This document shows, piece after piece, positions 56,001-64,000 of a stretch of DNA of 64,000 bases; position 1 is the stretch's first letter; every line of letters starts with the position of its first letter. The notes under the pieces were generated by a model that saw only the letters and a list, made by a program, of their open reading frames with translations, was not told the origin of the DNA and searched no databases. A program made the position numbers and the translations under genes. Source of the DNA: an uncultured Maricaulis sp. (GTDB lineage Bacteria; Pseudomonadota; Alphaproteobacteria; Caulobacterales; Maricaulaceae); assembly GCF_963975345.1 (NCBI RefSeq), contig NZ_CAXBGE010000012.1:8210-72209 (forward strand), written 5' to 3'.

Positions 56001-57351
56001 CCGCATCGGTCACTGAGCTCGGCTGGTTGCAGGTGCGCACATTTGTGCAGCTCGCCGGATAGGCGGTGCTGGTGACAATATCGGCCAGGCCCGAGCCGGA
56101 CTTGGCGACCTGGCGCACCAGCGTGACATTGCTGCGGCTGTCATAGGTGTAATTGGTATAATTGCCTTCAGGCGCCGTCACCCGGGTTAGACGTCCACCG
56201 GTGTCATAGGTGTAAGTGGTGCGATTGCCGTAGCCATTCTGAGACGCCACGACGCGGCCGGTCGCAATCTCACTCTCGGTGATCGAGACGCGCGAGGTCG
56301 TGTCGGTAAACGTCGTCGTGCGGATACCCGCGGCATCGGCATAGGCATAGGTGCCGCCACCGCCACCGGCAATCCAGACCGAACTGACACCATAGGCGCC
56401 ATAACCAATCGAGACCTGCGGCGAGATATCGCCGGGGCCATAAACGGCGGTCAGACGGCCATATTGATCGCGCACATATTTGGTCGCCCGTGACAGCGTG
56501 TCGTAGAAGGTGCGCTCACTATAGGTCGAATAGATCGTTTCACCGATGATGAGGTTGGGCCAAGTCTGCGTTAAACCGGTGCATGAAATGGCGGTCGGCG
56601 CGCAATAATCAACGGCGTTATTGATCAGCCTCGCCTGGGTAACGCGGTACCAGGACGAAAAATCACCGACATCATTCATCGTATTGAGCGCATAATTGAG
56701 ATGCAGTTGATAGCCGGTATTGGTCGTGACCGATTGCAGCCGGTAATAAGGATCGGAGAGAACGTATTCTGGTTCATACCGGTTGAATCCAACCTGTATG
56801 AGATACGCGCCTTGCCGATAATGATACGTCAGTGTGAAGCCGTTCGGGCGCGTGACCGTGTGAAGCAAGGCCAAGCTGGCACCATAGGTGCGTGTCGTCG
56901 CCACATAGGACGCCAGAAACACCGCCACCGTCCCGTCGCCGAGCGTGTAGGTATAAGTGCCGAACGTTTTGGTGAGCGTCGATTGGCTGGCGTATTTTGG
57001 TGTATAAGTGCTGCCGCTCACCGTAAACAATTCGCTCGAACCACCGATGAATACCGTGATCTCATTGTTGAGCGGATTCTGATCGATGCCACCGACCACA
57101 CTGTGCCGCCAGGCATTGCCCACGAAGACCTGGGAATAGCTCAAACCACCCGAACCGGGATTACCGATCGTGATCACGGGTGAATTGTTCACCGAGGCTC
57201 CTGAGGGCAGGTTGACGCCGTTGGCATCGATGTTCGGATTGACGATCGGGACGGCCTGGTCGGGCGGCGTTTGCGCGACAGCGCTCGCGTTGAAGAAAAA
57301 TATGAGGCTGGCCGTTACAATTGCAGCAAACAAAGTCGACAAGGCGCGCAT
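53074..57351 (-). CDS. RHS repeat protein with Sec-type signal peptide and a variable C-terminal (toxin) domain
   Basis: ATG 57351 is preceded by GGAGGA. Signal MRALSTLFAAIVTASLIFFFNASAVAQ. Many YD repeats (YxYDxxGRL/V). RHS core end GRYGYTGQVWLEETGLYHYKNRAYNPRLGRFMQTDPIG...GGDPVNLVDPMGL, then a 203-aa tail. Confidence 0.9.
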   Translation of the reverse strand: MRALSTLFAAIVTASLIFFFNASAVAQTPPDQAVPIVNPNIDANGVNLPSGASVNNSPVITIGNPGSGGLSYSQVFVGNAWRHSVVGGIDQNPLNNEITVFIGGSSELFTVSGSTYTPKYASQSTLTKTFGTYTYTLGDGTVAVFLASYVATTRTYGASLALLHTVTRPNGFTLTYHYRQGAYLIQVGFNRYEPEYVLSDPYYRLQSVTTNTGYQLHLNYALNTMNDVGDFSSWYRVTQARLINNAVDYCAPTAISCTGLTQTWPNLIIGETIYSTYSERTFYDTLSRATKYVRDQYGRLTAVYGPGDISPQVSIGYGAYGVSSVWIAGGGGGTYAYADAAGIRTTTFTDTTSRVSITESEIATGRVVASQNGYGNRTTYTYDTGGRLTRVTAPEGNYTNYTYDSRSNVTLVRQVAKSGSGLADIVTSTAYPASCTNVRTCNQPSSVTDAAGNVTDFTYDATHGGMLTATSPAPSGSGSRPQTRITYTALYAWYKRTSASIIQAASPVYLPTQSSTCSSGTATAGCIGTTNEQLTIVTYGATGVANNLLPVTATAQAGNTTLVTTTTMTYDHVSNLLTVDGPLAGTADTTRYRYDNGRQLIGQVGPDPDGAGALLYPAQRTTYNSDGLPTKVEFGTVTSQSDAAWSAFSLIDRQEVVYNAGGRATQARLITGASSVQAMIQYSYDNAGRIDCVAQRMNAANWASPPSSACTLATTGSYGPDRITRNTYDAVGRVATTTSGYATAGAIVEATRAYSNNGQLVSLTDGEGNRTQYLRDGFDRLASIEYPSPTTPGTNTGSDDEIYTYDVYGRLANRRVRSDQQFFYTYDNLGRVTQVNAPGTTIDTDYTYDLLGRVLSVATSSQSISNSYDALGRLTQQTGGDGAVSYQYDAAGHRSRITWPDGFYVKYDHNTAGAVTAVRENGASSGYGVLATYSYDNQGRRTSITRGNGVTTNYTFDSASRLASLTQNLTGTSDDLTVTYAYNPAGQITSRTASNDAFAWTGHVNLDLLYGTNGLNQITSVTGQSAPTYDGRGNMTGDGVRTFGYDYLNRLTSVSGGVTLSYDPLGRLVQLTGTAPDVRFQYDGVDMIAEYNSSHVLQRRYVHGPGTDEPLVEYAGSGTSMRLWLIADERGSIVARTNQFGDAANTNTYDEYGMPGASNSGRYGYTGQVWLEETGLYHYKNRAYNPRLGRFMQTDPIGQAGGMNIYAYVGGDPVNLVDPMGLDVCDGIGGCFTVTGGRWSWGSFMGSLWVRSGRGDRGSFPRENNGNSRGARDSDDQTNCYQTKFEFSLGAQIALQGNYEGLALGGLFDAGTYRADLASSTASYTQGASASFGISGVDFLDLGTRTTSRSVSAPMPTDAVDFLLRAGVPAMEQRMYTGPSALAPRGPLDGAPWVTSNSVAPNVSFAAALGFGVSVSLTYDCGASE

Positions 57352-57406
57352 CGTAAGTCCTCCGGATTCAGCTCTGGATAGGTGACATTTCAGGAAGGAA
57401 CAGCGC

Positions 57407-57607
57407 TCAGGCGCCGGTCGTCTTCTTCTCGATGCGATTGCCGGCATCGTCATACGTATAATCCGTCGTGACGCCGTTATTGACCGAGCCGGAATGGACA
57501 ACCTTGATAACGCGGCCATGTGCGTCATAGGTATAAGTCACTGTCTCGGATGCGAAAGCAGGTGCGGACAACGTCAACGCCCCTGCCAGAACCAATAACA
57601 ATCTCAT
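57407..57607 (-). CDS. small secreted YD-repeat protein (66 aa)
   Basis: Signal MRLLLVLAGALTLSAPAFA, then TYTYDAHGRVIKV...DYTYDDAGNRIEK (two YD units). Lies 55 nt upstream of rhs on the same strand. Confidence 0.6.
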   Translation of the reverse strand: MRLLLVLAGALTLSAPAFASETVTYTYDAHGRVIKVVHSGSVNNGVTTDYTYDDAGNRIEKKTTGA

Positions 57608-57941
57608 GCGAGCCCCCTGCCCTATCGAGACCCACCGCCAAATTCTCGACGGGTGTGTCATCCAAAAACGTCACCAAAAGTTGCGCGAAACAACTCATCA
57701 ATGCACGCTAGGGGTGATCGTAAACACAATCGACAAATTCAATCAACACGGAAATTTTATCCAGGCCACCCGCTAAGCGTTTACCCTTGCGCAACCAAGA
57801 GAATCCTATCGCAAAAACTTGCATCTCACGCCTATCCAACTTGAAAATGTCGGGCGTAAACGGATGACAATGGCCCATCCCACCTGGCCAGCGGCGCCGT
57901 CAGTGCACTGCCCAAACCCGCAAGCCACCCCCGATTCGCAC

Positions 57942-57974
57942 AAAAAAAGGGCCGCCCTTCCAGGCAGCCCTTTT
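57942..57974. terminator. bidirectional rho-independent terminator after the oppC-like gene (copy 2 of the island-flanking hairpin)
   Basis: AAAAAAA-GGGCCGCC-cttcca-GGCAGCCC-TTTT. Near-identical to 51601-51630. Confidence 0.75.
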
Positions 57975-58001
57975 GATCTAGCGATGGAGTGTGTCTGCCC
58001 G

Positions 58002-58910
58002 TCAGCGATCCTTCGGGTCGATCGCGTCGCGCAGACCGTCACCGATGAAGTTGAGGCAAAACAGCGTCAGCATCATTGTCACGGCCGGCACGATCAGCGT
58101 CCACGGCGCGACTTCCATGTCCTGGGCACCAGCAGAGATCAGGCGGCCAAGCGATGTCAGCGGCTCCTGCACCCCAAGACCGAGAAAGCTCAAAAAGCTC
58201 TCGGCCAGAATGACGACCGGGATCATCAAGGTCACATAGACGACGACCGGACCGAGCACGTTGGGAATGATGTGACGCTGGATGATCATCCATTGCGACA
58301 CGCCGGCGGCTTCGGCCGCTTCAACGAATTCCATCCGTTTGAGGGCAATGGTCTGACCGCGCACGATCCGCGCCATCGTCAACCATTCCACGGCGCCGAT
58401 GGCGACGAAGATCAGGATGATATTACGCCCGAACACGACCATCAGGATGATGACGAAGAAAATGAAGGGCAGGGAATACATGATATCGACGAAGCGCATC
58501 ATCACCTGATCGACCCGGCCGCCGATAAAGCCGGCGGTCGCGCCCCAAGTGACGCCGATCACCAGTGAGACGATGGTGGCGACAATGCCGACCATCAAGG
58601 AGACGCCGAGCCCGACCAGGGTTCGCGCCACCATGTCACGGCCTTGCGCGTCAGTGCCGAAGAGGTGCCAGTTTTCAAACGTGGGCGGCACCCAGACTTC
58701 GTCACGATAAATCGTGTCGTAGTCATGCACCCAGACACCCATCTGGCCGAGGACTGCCAGCACGATCAGCGTCCCGAGCACGATCAGACTGACCAGCGCT
58801 GCCTTGTTGCGCAACAGACGCGCGCGCGCATCCTCCCAGAGCGAGCGGCCTTTGACTGCGGCCGTCTCGATCAGCGCAGCCTTGTCATCCGGTGTTGAAA
58901 TCGTTGACAT
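58002..58910 (-). CDS. ABC transporter permease (OppC/DppC type)
   Basis: 6 TM helices. Binding-protein-dependent EAA-type loop FVEAAEAAGVSQWMIIQRHIIPN. Confidence 0.85.
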   Translation of the reverse strand: MSTISTPDDKAALIETAAVKGRSLWEDARARLLRNKAALVSLIVLGTLIVLAVLGQMGVWVHDYDTIYRDEVWVPPTFENWHLFGTDAQGRDMVARTLVGLGVSLMVGIVATIVSLVIGVTWGATAGFIGGRVDQVMMRFVDIMYSLPFIFFVIILMVVFGRNIILIFVAIGAVEWLTMARIVRGQTIALKRMEFVEAAEAAGVSQWMIIQRHIIPNVLGPVVVYVTLMIPVVILAESFLSFLGLGVQEPLTSLGRLISAGAQDMEVAPWTLIVPAVTMMLTLFCLNFIGDGLRDAIDPKDR

Positions 58911-59842
58911 TATTCGTACTTCACCTTCGGATTGAGGACGCCATAGAGCAGGTCCGCGACCAGGTTAAGGACGATGATCAGGCTGGCGTAAATAATCACG
59001 ACGCCCATCACCAGCGTGTAGTCGCGCTGCAGCGCCGCATCGACGAAATGCTTGCCGATCCCGGGCAGTTGGAACACGACCTCGATCACCAGCGAACCGG
59101 AGATCAGCGCCGCGGACGCAGGTCCAAGATAGCTGACGAGCGGCAAAATCGCCGAGCGCAAGGCATGGCGCACGATCACCGCCGGCGGCGACAATCCCTT
59201 GGCCCGCGCGGTGCGGATATAATTGGAGCGCAGCACTTCGATCATGCTGGCGCGCATCAGGCGGGCAATAATCGCGATCTGCGGCAAAGCGAGCGTGATC
59301 ACAGGCAGGATCAAGCGGTCCACTGTCATCCCCAGCCTCGGATCGAGACCGCCAGTTGGCAGCCATCCCAGATAGAGACCGAAGAACAGCGCCAGGATTG
59401 GGCCCGACACGAAGGGCGGAATGGAAATCCCGACCATCGCGAACGTCATCACGGCAAAATCGCCGCTGGTGTTCTGCCGCAGGGCGGCAACCGAACCGAG
59501 GAAAGAGCCGGCGAATACGGCCAGGATCATCGAAGAAATGCCGATTGTGGCGCTGACCGGAAAGCCTTCGCTCAGGATCTCGGCAACGTCCTTGTCCCGG
59601 ACTTTCAGGGATGGTCCCAGATCGCCGTGGAACAGATTGCCCATGTAATCAAGGAATTGCCGCCAGACCGGCTGGTCCATGCCATAGCGCGAGAGCAGAA
59701 GCTGGCGCGTCTCGTCCGGCATGGGGCGTTCAAGGTCGAACGGCCCGCCTGGAGCGGCGTGCATCATGAAAAACGCGACCGCAATGATCACGAGAATCGT
59801 GGGGATGGCGATTAGAACTCGCCTGAAAATAAAACCAAACAT
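58910..59842 (-). CDS. ABC transporter permease (OppB/DppB type)
   Basis: MFGFIFRRVLIAIPTILVI N-terminus. YIRTARAKGLSPPAVIVRHALR EAA loop. Confidence 0.85.
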   Translation of the reverse strand: MFGFIFRRVLIAIPTILVIIAVAFFMMHAAPGGPFDLERPMPDETRQLLLSRYGMDQPVWRQFLDYMGNLFHGDLGPSLKVRDKDVAEILSEGFPVSATIGISSMILAVFAGSFLGSVAALRQNTSGDFAVMTFAMVGISIPPFVSGPILALFFGLYLGWLPTGGLDPRLGMTVDRLILPVITLALPQIAIIARLMRASMIEVLRSNYIRTARAKGLSPPAVIVRHALRSAILPLVSYLGPASAALISGSLVIEVVFQLPGIGKHFVDAALQRDYTLVMGVVIIYASLIIVLNLVADLLYGVLNPKVKYE

Positions 59843-60199
59843 ACTGAATAGGGCTCATTCCGGGTTTTGATGCAGTTTCAGTCTGGCGGTCGCGATGTCA
59901 ATGAAGCCTGTGTCGCTGCGATGCAGCATCGTCGACGGATAAGGGCGGAACAGCTGCAGTTCGCGACGGCGCCGGATGGACCACCATTAATGCACCGACA
60001 AGCTGACAGGCCGCAAGTAGCAGCAGCATCCATCCCATGCGCACAAGGCGCTTGCCTAGAAACCTGGCGACGTCCAAATTCAAACCCTCGATATCAGCGT
60101 TCCAAGTCGATCACGCAATTTCTGCGCCGTCTGTGAACGAGCGTGATTTGCGTGTGTTCTCCGTGCACTTAATATGCGCGGGGCAAACCCGGAGGAGCC

Positions 60200-61150
60200 A
60201 TGTCCATGCACCGTGCGCTTTGGTGGCAGGATTTTGAGTTCCAAGATGGCGTCGTCACCGTCAAGAAGACGGGCGCCCGCTTGCGACTCGAACCCGGTTT
60301 GATCGGCGAAGTCCTGTCCTGGTTCCCGTTTTATTTCGTGGTCGAAGCCTGGCGCTTGGGCCGATCGTCCCGTTCTGGGCCAAAAATCTGGTTCGCGCCT
60401 GACCGGCCGCGGCCCTGGTATCTGATCTGGTCTGTCCTGCACGCTGCGGGGGCGCGGATCGCAAAATCTGCGGACGAAGCCGATGCTGTGTTCTTTTTCG
60501 ACGATTCGACCAGTGGCAGCACAATGGAGTGGCCACCGGAGGCGCGGGCGATCAATCGCCATTGCCAGAGCATCGCCAAAAGCCATGTCGGCGCCGTGTT
60601 TGAGCAATGCTTCGGCTATTCGCTGAACGTCGACCCGGCCCAATTCAACGGCAAAATGGTTCGAAAATCGGAGGCCAATGGGGCCCATGACGGCCGGATC
60701 GTTGAAGGGCCGTGCGCAGCCGAACCGGGCTTTGTCTATCAAAGGGTGATCGACAATTCGATCGCGGGCGGCATGGTCGAGGACATCCGCTGCCCGACGG
60801 TTGGCGGCACGATCCCGCTCGTCATTCTCAAACAGCGACTGGCCTCGCACCGCTTCGCCAATACAAATGACAATGTGGAGCTCGTCGAGACCCACACCGT
60901 CCTGTCAGCATCCGAACAGGCACAATTGTCCGATTTTGCGCGCGCCATGCGACTCGATTGGGGTGGGCTGGACGTGCTGCGGGACAAGGCGGACGGCCGG
61001 CTCTACGTTGTCGATGTCAACAAGACCGATATGGGGCCACCCATTATCATGGCCATGGACGACAAGATCCGCATCACAAAGAGACTGGCCGCCGCATTTC
61101 TCGATTTCTTGCTTCAAAAACCTGTGTCGGAACAACAAGCTGTATCATGA
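60200..61150 (+). CDS. ATP-grasp-like protein (tentative)
   Basis: The C-terminal MRLDWGGLDVLRDKADGRLYVVDVNKTDMGP resembles the ATP-grasp Mg/ATP-binding end. The rest is not recognised. Confidence 0.4.
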   Translation: MSMHRALWWQDFEFQDGVVTVKKTGARLRLEPGLIGEVLSWFPFYFVVEAWRLGRSSRSGPKIWFAPDRPRPWYLIWSVLHAAGARIAKSADEADAVFFFDDSTSGSTMEWPPEARAINRHCQSIAKSHVGAVFEQCFGYSLNVDPAQFNGKMVRKSEANGAHDGRIVEGPCAAEPGFVYQRVIDNSIAGGMVEDIRCPTVGGTIPLVILKQRLASHRFANTNDNVELVETHTVLSASEQAQLSDFARAMRLDWGGLDVLRDKADGRLYVVDVNKTDMGPPIIMAMDDKIRITKRLAAAFLDFLLQKPVSEQQAVS

Positions 61151-62055
61151 CGAGTATTCCGTTTCTCAAAGATTTCGACTTTGAATATGGCCGCTGCGAA
61201 CAAATTTCGCCGGCCGTCCGACGTGTGATCGCCCCCAATCCGGGGCCGTTCACCTATACCGGCACCGGTGTCTATATTATCGGCCATGGCGATGTTGCCG
61301 TCATCGATCCGGGTCCGTTTGATCCCATCCATGAGGCCTCGCTTGACCAGGCACTGGCCGGCGAGCGCGTCACGCACGTCTTCGTGACCCACCATCATCT
61401 CGACCATTCGCCATTGGCCCACCCGCTCGCTGCCAAGCACGGGGCGCAAGTCTATGGCTTCGGCGCCCAGAGCGCCTCGCCGGCGGGCGGCGAGGTCCGG
61501 CTCGAGGCCGGCGATGATGTCGGTTTCCGGCCGGATGTCGAGATCGAGGACGGACAGGTTTTCTCCGGCCCCGGCTGGACACTCGAAGCTCTGCACACGC
61601 CCGGCCACACCTCCAACCATGTCTGCTACGCCCTGAAAGAAGAGAATATCCTGTTCAGCGGCGACCATGTCATGGCGTGGTCAACCAGCGTGATCAGCCC
61701 GCCGGACGGGCATATGGGCGATTATCTTCGGGAATTGGCGCGTGTGCGCGACCGCAATTTCACCCGGCTATGGCCAACGCACGGCCCGGCCGTGGAAAAA
61801 CCGGCCGAGTTCGTGCAGGCCTATATCGATCACCGGCTTGAGCGCGAGCACCAGATCCTCGATCAACTGGCCGCAGGCCCGCAATGCGTTCCGGAACTGG
61901 TGACGGCCATCTACACCCATATCGACAGACGCCTGCATCCTGCGGCCGCGCATTCAGTGCTCGCCCATATGATCCATCTGGTCGAAACTGGGCGCGTGGA
62001 GTGTGAGGGCGAGCCAAGCCTGACGTCAGTCTTCGCACTCGGCAGCCAGACCTAG
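61147..62055 (+). CDS. MBL-fold metallo-hydrolase
   Basis: VTHHHLDHSPLA (HxHxDH), downstream TPGHTSNH and GDHVM. ATGA overlap with the preceding gene. Confidence 0.85.
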   Translation: MTSIPFLKDFDFEYGRCEQISPAVRRVIAPNPGPFTYTGTGVYIIGHGDVAVIDPGPFDPIHEASLDQALAGERVTHVFVTHHHLDHSPLAHPLAAKHGAQVYGFGAQSASPAGGEVRLEAGDDVGFRPDVEIEDGQVFSGPGWTLEALHTPGHTSNHVCYALKEENILFSGDHVMAWSTSVISPPDGHMGDYLRELARVRDRNFTRLWPTHGPAVEKPAEFVQAYIDHRLEREHQILDQLAAGPQCVPELVTAIYTHIDRRLHPAAAHSVLAHMIHLVETGRVECEGEPSLTSVFALGSQT

Positions 62056-62852
62056 CCGGCGGCAAGGGCCTCCAGGAAGGTTTTCACCCGCCCCGCATTA
62101 CGACCCAGATCATGGACGGGTTGGCGCGCCAGCGAACGCATATCAACGATGCTGCCTCCCGCCTCGTCGGACCTGATCCGAACCGCCATATCGTCGCGAA
62201 ATCCGAACCAGAAGCCCTCAGCACCGGCTTCAAACATGCCCGCTTGCCTGGACGCTGTGCCAACCCGCCATCCACGATCCCGCGCCAGATCAAGCGCGCG
62301 ACCAAAGACGCTATCAGCGGGCTCCGCGAGCTGGAGCGAGGCGATTTCAGGATAATATTGTGCCTGCAAGACCGGGAGGTCTTGCCCGTCTGCGGCCGTC
62401 TTTCCGGCATAGGCCAGGTCTGAGTCGCTGGTCAGCCGACGCTCCAGAAACGCCGTCGAAAAGCCCGGCGGATCGGAAAAATCCGTCGTGATATCGAGCA
62501 GCGCCGGCTGGGCTTGCTGCAGCCGGTTGATATGGATCATCCAACCCATCCCCGTTGAAGCAATAAGCAGAATGGCGATGGCACTCGTCCAATTGCCGTG
62601 CGACCGCTTGGCGAAGGCGAGGTGGATCAGGATGAAACTCGCCGCCAACACCCCCGACACGAGACCGGCAAGCAGGAGTGCAAATCCCCAAGCATAAGTC
62701 ATCGTCTCGAGACCGGTGTGCCAGTCCCAGAATTCCCACTTGGTACCGAATGCCGCCACGACGAACCAAAGCGGAATCGTCAACGCAAGCAGCCCACAGA
62801 TCGCGGCTATAACGTCAATCGCCCGTCGCAAAATTTCGATGAACCGCGCCAT
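62052..62852 (-). CDS. DUF1499-like membrane-anchored protein
   Basis: Three N-terminal TM helices. The C-terminal FRDDMAVRIRSDEAGGSIVDMRSLARQPVHDLGRNAGRVKTFL resembles DUF1499. Confidence 0.5.
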   Translation of the reverse strand: MARFIEILRRAIDVIAAICGLLALTIPLWFVVAAFGTKWEFWDWHTGLETMTYAWGFALLLAGLVSGVLAASFILIHLAFAKRSHGNWTSAIAILLIASTGMGWMIHINRLQQAQPALLDITTDFSDPPGFSTAFLERRLTSDSDLAYAGKTAADGQDLPVLQAQYYPEIASLQLAEPADSVFGRALDLARDRGWRVGTASRQAGMFEAGAEGFWFGFRDDMAVRIRSDEAGGSIVDMRSLARQPVHDLGRNAGRVKTFLEALAAG

Positions 62853-62879
62853 TTCAGCCCCTCCGGCTGGTTCCGTCGA

Positions 62880-63551
62880 TCAAGGGTACAACCGATTGAC
62901 CGTCCAAGGCGAGGTTAAATCTGCCCTTTTAAACATCAACCGGTCATGCAGCCGAAATGGGCGGTCGCGCCAAAACTCGATCGCCGTCGGTCGCAAACGA
63001 AAGCCGGACCAGTGCGGCGGCCTTGGCACTTCGCCGAGACCAAAGCGCGCCGCTTCGCGCGCCACGGCCTTCTCCAGCGCAAAGCGGCTTTCGAGCGGTT
63101 GCGACTGGGTCGAGGCCCAGGCGCCGATCCGGCTGTCGCGAGCTCGCGACGCGAAATAGGCGTCGGCCTCGGCCGCATCGACCGGCTCGACTGCGCCGCG
63201 CACCCGCACCTGACGCCGCAGCGATTTCCAGTGAAAACACAGGGCGGCGCCGGGATTGAGTGTCAATTGGCGGCCCTTGGCGCTCCCCAGATTGGTGTAG
63301 AAGACAAACCCGCCGCGATCGACGTCCTTCAAAAGCACCATGCGCAGATCGGGGAAGCCCTCTGCATCGACTGTCGCCAAGGCCATCGCATTGGGATCAT
63401 TCGGTTCTTTCTTCTTTGCGTCGGCAAGCCATTCGGCGAACAATTCCAACGGCTCGTCGCGATCAAAGATCTCGACCGAATTGGCCTCATTGGTCCGGGC
63501 ATAGGCCGCCGCATCTGGACTGGGCGGAATCAGGTTTTTGTCACTCATCAA
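62880..63551 (-). CDS. pdxH: pyridoxamine 5'-phosphate oxidase
   Basis: [66 protein letters not shown]. Confidence 0.95.
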   Translation of the reverse strand: MMSDKNLIPPSPDAAAYARTNEANSVEIFDRDEPLELFAEWLADAKKKEPNDPNAMALATVDAEGFPDLRMVLLKDVDRGGFVFYTNLGSAKGRQLTLNPGAALCFHWKSLRRQVRVRGAVEPVDAAEADAYFASRARDSRIGAWASTQSQPLESRFALEKAVAREAARFGLGEVPRPPHWSGFRLRPTAIEFWRDRPFRLHDRLMFKRADLTSPWTVNRLYP

Positions 63552-63699
63552 TCGATCTCCGGCGGCACCTCACTGTCCTAGTGCATTTTCCACAGCGGGG
63601 GGAACCGGTTTTGTGGTGCGACATCGGGATGCAGGACGGGATGAAGCTGTTGCGGGTCGCGTCAACCTTTCAGGAATCTTCTTGCGTTATCGATGCAGG

Positions 63700-64000
63700 A
63701 TGACATCGCGTGTTTTGACAGTAGTTGCGGCCTATGCCGCGTTCGGTCTGGAGCCGGGCGCCGGGCTGATCGCGGCCAAGCGTGCCTTCCGCGAGCGGGT
63801 CAAAACCCTGCATCCAGACACGACCGAACCGACGCCTGAAGCCCTGTCCAGACTGGCCGCCATTGTCGATGCGATCCGCTTTCTCGAGAAGACCCTGCCA
63901 GCCTGCATGGAAATCGGAATCAGCGCCCACCAGGCCCGGCAAGGCCTGACCCGATCACTGCGCTCAGGCGATCGGGCGATCATCGTGCGCATTCCGCCGG
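63700..64000 (+). CDS. J-domain protein, partial (runs off the right edge)
   Basis: MTSRVLTVVAAYAAFGLEPGAGLIAAKRAFRERVKTLHPD contains the HPD tripeptide in J-domain helix II/III context. No stop before position 64000. Confidence 0.6.
   Translation, partial: MTSRVLTVVAAYAAFGLEPGAGLIAAKRAFRERVKTLHPDTTEPTPEALSRLAAIVDAIRFLEKTLPACMEIGISAHQARQGLTRSLRSGDRAIIVRIPP

Noticed and set aside
58892-59815. 307-aa plus-strand ORF
   Set aside because: It is antisense to the OppB-like permease, and its composition is implausibly charged, His/Arg/Asp-rich.
59898-60083. 61-aa minus-strand ORF with a hydrophobic stretch upstream of oppB
   Set aside because: It has no RBS, sits in a promoter-type intergenic region, and its composition is not convincing.

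Overview
This is a 64-kb, GC-rich chromosomal segment. The gene content points to an alphaproteobacterium: DUF2336 x2, DUF1491, DUF6456 plus a DnaA-domain-IV-only protein, YcgN, and a perfect CtrA-type box. That assignment is inferred from content, not from a search.

Most of the window is ordinary core genome. It includes a class A PBP, a BacNav-type channel, a GGDEF-EAL protein, MscS, prfC, a histidine kinase, sufE, rnk, DoxX, an MFS transporter, msrB and oligopeptidase B. It also holds divergent tRNA-Gln(UUG) and tRNA-Pro(CGG), sppA, an Opp/Dpp-type binding protein and two permeases, pdxH and a partial J-domain gene. Two larger clusters stand out:
- a 10-gene non-canonical Mrp antiporter cluster in the order E-F-G-DUF4040-B-C-D-D-x-D;
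- a TonB2/Ttp-type energiser cluster (DUF3450, large TtpC-like ExbB, ExbB, ExbD x2, TonB, TPR protein, second TonB).

Three accessory patches differ from this background:
1. 0.4-1.3 kb: three ~90-100 bp nested-palindrome elements bracket a small GIY-YIG nuclease gene, with the two flanking copies in inverted orientation.
2. 31.0-32.5 kb: an AT-richer islet with a perfect 20-bp inverted repeat, a gene for a MobC-like ribbon-helix-helix domain fused to a TM helix and an extracytoplasmic domain, and an IS6-family transposase remnant.
3. 51.6-58.0 kb: an Rhs island bounded by two near-identical copies of one terminator hairpin. It encodes a small secreted YD-repeat protein and a 1425-aa Sec-signal Rhs protein. 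The Rhs tail after DPMGL is a 203-aa, histidine-free, Gly/Ser/Ala-rich domain with no catalytic motif I recognise. An AT-rich polytopic membrane gene, a putative immunity gene, is coupled to it by an ATGA overlap. A diverged rhs orphan fragment lies cut between MITE-like repeats.

The Rhs C-terminal domain and its membrane partner are the best candidate for an undescribed effector/immunity pair. No rRNA, CRISPR array, intact transposase or integrase was seen. All family assignments come from motif recognition by eye and need HMM or BLAST confirmation.
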